From Clostridia bacterium (GTDB lineage: Bacteria > Bacillota > Clostridia > Oscillospirales > CAG-272): a DNA stretch of 38,555 nt. A program made the position numbers and the translations under genes. Shown piece after piece: positions 35,925 through 38,555 of the stretch. The stretch covers positions 1 through 38,555 of the forward strand of contig JAFXJW010000055.1 of the NCBI GenBank assembly GCA_017532045.1, in the 5' to 3' direction. The notes beneath the pieces were generated by a model. The model had not been told where the DNA came from. It saw only the letters and a list, made by a program, of their open reading frames with translations, and ran no database searches. Position 1 is the first letter of the stretch, and every line of letters begins with the position of its first letter.

Positions 35925-35957
35925 GAGTTTTATTCTCTTTCTTCGACGAAAAAACTC

Positions 35958-35990
35958 ACAAAAAATCCTCCGCCACAAGTGGCGGAGGAT
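35958..35990 (-). terminator. Rho-independent terminator of the 36056-36559 gene
   Basis: Minus strand reads ATCCTCCGCCAC-TT-GTGGCGGAGGAT followed by TTTTTTGTGAG. Confidence 0.8.
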
Positions 35991-36055
35991 GTGAAAAATT
36001 CCTTACGCAAACCCTCGGAAGCCTTTAGGGACACTTCAACAGGGAGAGATGCCGC

Positions 36056-36559
36056 TCAGAACAGAGCGCCGAAAGCGGCCACCACACCGTAGGAGATAAG
36101 AGTCATGACCACGCCGGCAATCAAAACACCTATGAAAACCGCCAAAAGGGACTTCCAGAACTTCATATCGAAGAGGGCGGCCACCAGCGTCCCCGTCCAA
36201 GCGCCCGTTGCGGGCAGAGGGATGGCGACGAAGAGTGTCAAGCCCCAGAATGCGTATTTTTCGATCTTAGCTCGATTCTTTTCGGCCTTTTCGAACATCT
36301 TGTTGGCAATCTTGTTGAAGAATTTGATCCTGCATTTTGCCATCCAAGTCAGCACAGACTTGACGAAGAGCAGGATGATGGGAACGGGGAGCATATTTCC
36401 GATCACGGCGATGAAGTAAGTCTGCCACCAAGGGAGGCCGAAGCCGGCTCCCAAGGGGATAGCCCCTCGCAGCTCAATGATGGGAAGCATGGAGCAGAAC
36501 AGAACGCAAAGCTCCTCTCCCACGGTTTCCAGAAAAAAGTGTGCAATAGCTTCTTTCAT
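36056..36559 (-). CDS. Small membrane protein of the putative small multidrug export family (COG2426-like)
   Basis: 167 aa, 4-5 TM. N-terminal LPIIELRGAIPLGAGFGLPWWQTYFIAVIGNMLPVP resembles that family by recall. AAAGGA RBS. Confidence 0.5.
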   Translation of the reverse strand: MKEAIAHFFLETVGEELCVLFCSMLPIIELRGAIPLGAGFGLPWWQTYFIAVIGNMLPVPIILLFVKSVLTWMAKCRIKFFNKIANKMFEKAEKNRAKIEKYAFWGLTLFVAIPLPATGAWTGTLVAALFDMKFWKSLLAVFIGVLIAGVVMTLISYGVVAAFGALF

Positions 36560-36574
36560 GGAACAATCCTTTCT

Positions 36575-37330
36575 TTATTGGGAAGCACCGAACATTTCAG
36601 TGATATTTTCAAACCAGGTAAACTCGCCCACCCAGGAGAAATCTCCGTGAAGCAGGGTCACGAACAGAATAATCACCGCCGCCAGGAACACCAGGCCGCC
36701 GATGGTCACCCACAGGGTGCGACGGGCGTTCTTTTTCTGTTGCGCGGGATCATTATGGGACTCACCGGAGGCAGACTTCGGCAGAAGCTTGGCTGCCTGC
36801 ATTGCCCGACAGACAGGCTTATAGAGGATCAACACCAGAGCGGCGTTGACCATGCCCTTAATCAAATTGAAGGGGAAGAATAATGTGGGAATCATGTCGA
36901 TGACGGCCGATCGTGGAACCTCCATGTAAAAGGGTGTCACCACCAGATTCAGAGTAAGCATGACGGCCACCAAGGCGACCACACCGGACACCAGAGCGAC
37001 GATCACTCTCGAGAGCTTCTTTTTGTTGGCATACACCACCGCGCACACGACCGAGAAGGTGAAGGAGGAGGCAAAATTCATAAGGAAGCCGTACCAACCC
37101 GTATCGCCGATCGTGATGAATTCCAGCGTCGCCACCAGCAAAGAGACGGTAGCGGCAGCCACGGGACCCAGCAAAAGGCCCGAAATGGTAATGATAGAAT
37201 CCTTCAGATCAAAGGTAAGAAACGTAACGTTGAAGCGGAATACAAACATGGCGGCAAAGGCCAACGCGGCAAAGACCGCCATCAGGACCAACGCACGCAG
37301 GCGCGCGCGCTTTTTCAAAGCAGTAGACAT
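36575..37330 (-). CDS. ECF-transporter substrate-specific (S) component; candidate riboflavin transporter given the upstream FMN-type leader
   Basis: The ATG at 37328-37330 (MSTALKKRARLRALVLMAVFAALAF) follows GGGAAAGGA. It has 6 or more TM helices in the style of ECF S-components, plus a C-terminal extra TM. Substrate is inferred only from the leader. Confidence 0.55.
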   Translation of the reverse strand: MSTALKKRARLRALVLMAVFAALAFAAMFVFRFNVTFLTFDLKDSIITISGLLLGPVAAATVSLLVATLEFITIGDTGWYGFLMNFASSFTFSVVCAVVYANKKKLSRVIVALVSGVVALVAVMLTLNLVVTPFYMEVPRSAVIDMIPTLFFPFNLIKGMVNAALVLILYKPVCRAMQAAKLLPKSASGESHNDPAQQKKNARRTLWVTIGGLVFLAAVIILFVTLLHGDFSWVGEFTWFENITEMFGASQ

Positions 37331-37337
37331 AAAATGT

Positions 37338-37575
37338 AATCCTTTCCCATCCGGACTGTGAACGTATACACGAGATGTCGGTATACGCGAAGGTCTTCTC
37401 CCTTTGCCTTCAAGGGCGAAAGTTTGCGAAGCGCAGCGGAGAAAACTTTCTGAACTCAGCAAGCTGAGTTCTACCGTCGGCGCAGGAATCTCACCTGCCA
37501 GGCACACATACCGTCGCAGCTGTGTGTTTGTGGGCTATACCACCGGTATGGAATTTCACCAATTCTCAAAGATGA
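37338..37575 (-). promoter_or_regulatory. FMN (RFN) riboswitch-like leader, apparently interrupted by a roughly 110-nt hairpin-rich block
   Basis: Minus-strand 5' part (37560 down to 37469): GGTGAAATTCCATACCGGTGGTATAGCCCACAA, then ACACACA...TGTGTG, then GCAGGTGAGATTCCTGCGCCGACGGTAGAA. Minus-strand 3' part (37357 down to 37340): AGTCCGGATGGGAAAGGA. Compare the recalled B. subtilis ribD RFN: GGGTGAAATTCCCGACCGGCGGTA..AGCCCG.., GGTGGATTCAG..CTGAAGCCGACAGTGAAAGTCTGGATGGGAGAAGGA. The J1/2 GGGG is not conserved here (GAGA). Confidence 0.55.
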
Positions 37576-37590
37576 ATAAAATAAATGAAC

Positions 37591-37646
37591 AGGAAAACCC
37601 CGCAGCAATGCGCGGGCAATGGGAGCATTGCTACGTTGCTGCGGGG
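37591..37646 (-). terminator. tuf terminator (long, branched hairpin plus U tract)
   Basis: Outer stem CCCCGCAGCAA (37598-37608) / TTGCTGCGGGG (37636-37646), inner stem GCAATG/CATTGC. On the minus strand it is followed by TTTTCC. Confidence 0.75.
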
Positions 37647-37668
37647 CGAATTTATCCTTTAGGGATAA

Positions 37669-38555
37669 TTACTTAATGATCTCGGAAACAACGCCGGAAC
37701 CGACGGTACGGCCACCCTCACGGATAGCGAAGCGCAGACCCTTCTCGCAAGCGATGGGGGCGATCAGCTCAACAGTCATCTCAACGTTATCGCCGGGGCG
37801 GCACATCTCAACGCCCTCGGGCAGCTCGATCACACCGGTAACGTCGGTAGTTCTGAAGTAGAACTGAGGACGGTAACCAGCGAAGAAGGGCTTCTGACGA
37901 CCACCCTCCTTCTCGGACAGAACGTAAACGTTGCCCTTGAAGTTGGTGTGGGGGTTAACGGAACCGGGCTTAGCCAGAACCTGACCACGGCGGATGCCAT
38001 CCTTAGCAACGCCACGGAGCAGAGCACCGATGTTGTCACCGGCCTCAGCCTGAGGCAGCAGCTTGTGGAACATCTCGACACCGGTAACGACGGTGGTGGA
38101 CTTCTCCTCGGTGATACCGACGATCTCGACGGTGTCGTTGACCTTCAGAGTACCTCTCTCAACACGACCGGTAGCACCGGTACCACGGCCGGAGATGGAG
38201 AAGACATCCTCAACGGGCATCAGGAAGGGCAGGTCAGCCTTACGATCGGGGGTAGGAATGTAAGCGTCAACCTCAGCCATCAGCTCGAGAATAGGAGCGT
38301 ACTCAGCGGAAGAAGGATCCTTAGAGTCGGAGGTCAGAGCCTCACGAGCGGAACCACGAACGATCGGAATATCGTCACCGGGGAAATCGTACTCGGACAG
38401 CAGGTCGCGAACCTCCATCTCAACGAGGTCCAGCAGCTCCTCGTCGTCAACGAGGTCGGTCTTGTTCATGAAAACAACGATTGCGGGAACGCCAACCTGA
38501 CGAGCCAGCAGAACGTGCTCACGGGTCTGGGCGAGAGGGCCATCGGTACCTGCAA
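37669..38555 (-). CDS. tuf: Elongation factor Tu, 5'-truncated by the window edge
   Basis: The frame stays open to position 38553 ([52 protein letters not shown]...[15 protein letters not shown]). The Met at 38469 in the ORF track is internal. Confidence 0.95.
   Translation of the reverse strand, partial: AGTDGPLAQTREHVLLARQVGVPAIVVFMNKTDLVDDEELLDLVEMEVRDLLSEYDFPGDDIPIVRGSAREALTSDSKDPSSAEYAPILELMAEVDAYIPTPDRKADLPFLMPVEDVFSISGRGTGATGRVERGTLKVNDTVEIVGITEEKSTTVVTGVEMFHKLLPQAEAGDNIGALLRGVAKDGIRRGQVLAKPGSVNPHTNFKGNVYVLSEKEGGRQKPFFAGYRPQFYFRTTDVTGVIELPEGVEMCRPGDNVEMTVELIAPIACEKGLRFAIREGGRTVGSGVVSEIIK

Overview
This is a 38.6-kb chromosomal window from a high-GC Firmicutes/Clostridia-type genome. 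It looks Oscillospiraceae-like from gene content and protein sequences, but that is inference; no search was run.

Nearly all coding capacity is core metabolism or housekeeping:
- An ABC-2 type transporter (ATPase, permease, GldG-like component).
- A complete glycogen locus: glgB-glgC-glgD-(small membrane ORF)-glgA on the plus strand, convergent with a GH13 amylase-family gene and glgP.
- A polar amino-acid ABC transporter.
- cdd and pdp (pdp carries a 1-nt frameshift).
- metY-metA.
- A BspA-like leucine-rich-repeat lipoprotein.
- rny, pepD, mreB and recD2.
- metK behind a canonical SAM-I riboswitch.
- An ECF S-component behind an FMN-riboswitch-like leader.
- The 3' two-thirds of tuf.

I find no discrete novel multi-gene system. 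There is no defence, toxin, secretion, phage, transposase, integrase, reverse transcriptase or CRISPR content.

The unexplained signal is non-coding. Almost every longer intergenic spacer holds a mosaic, hairpin-rich repeat family with these properties:
- It is built from recurring stem-loop modules that are shuffled and inverted between copies.
- One copy is bounded by 14-nt terminal inverted repeats.
- Two copies share a 90-nt identical segment.
- A 55-nt core appears in 'filled' versus 'empty' hairpins and shows compensatory base changes.
- Copies lie inside long 5' leaders downstream of consensus promoters.
- Copies supply the stop codons of two genes.
- A hairpin block of similar style apparently splits the FMN riboswitch.

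All family assignments come from motif recognition by eye. No database search or RNA covariance model was run.
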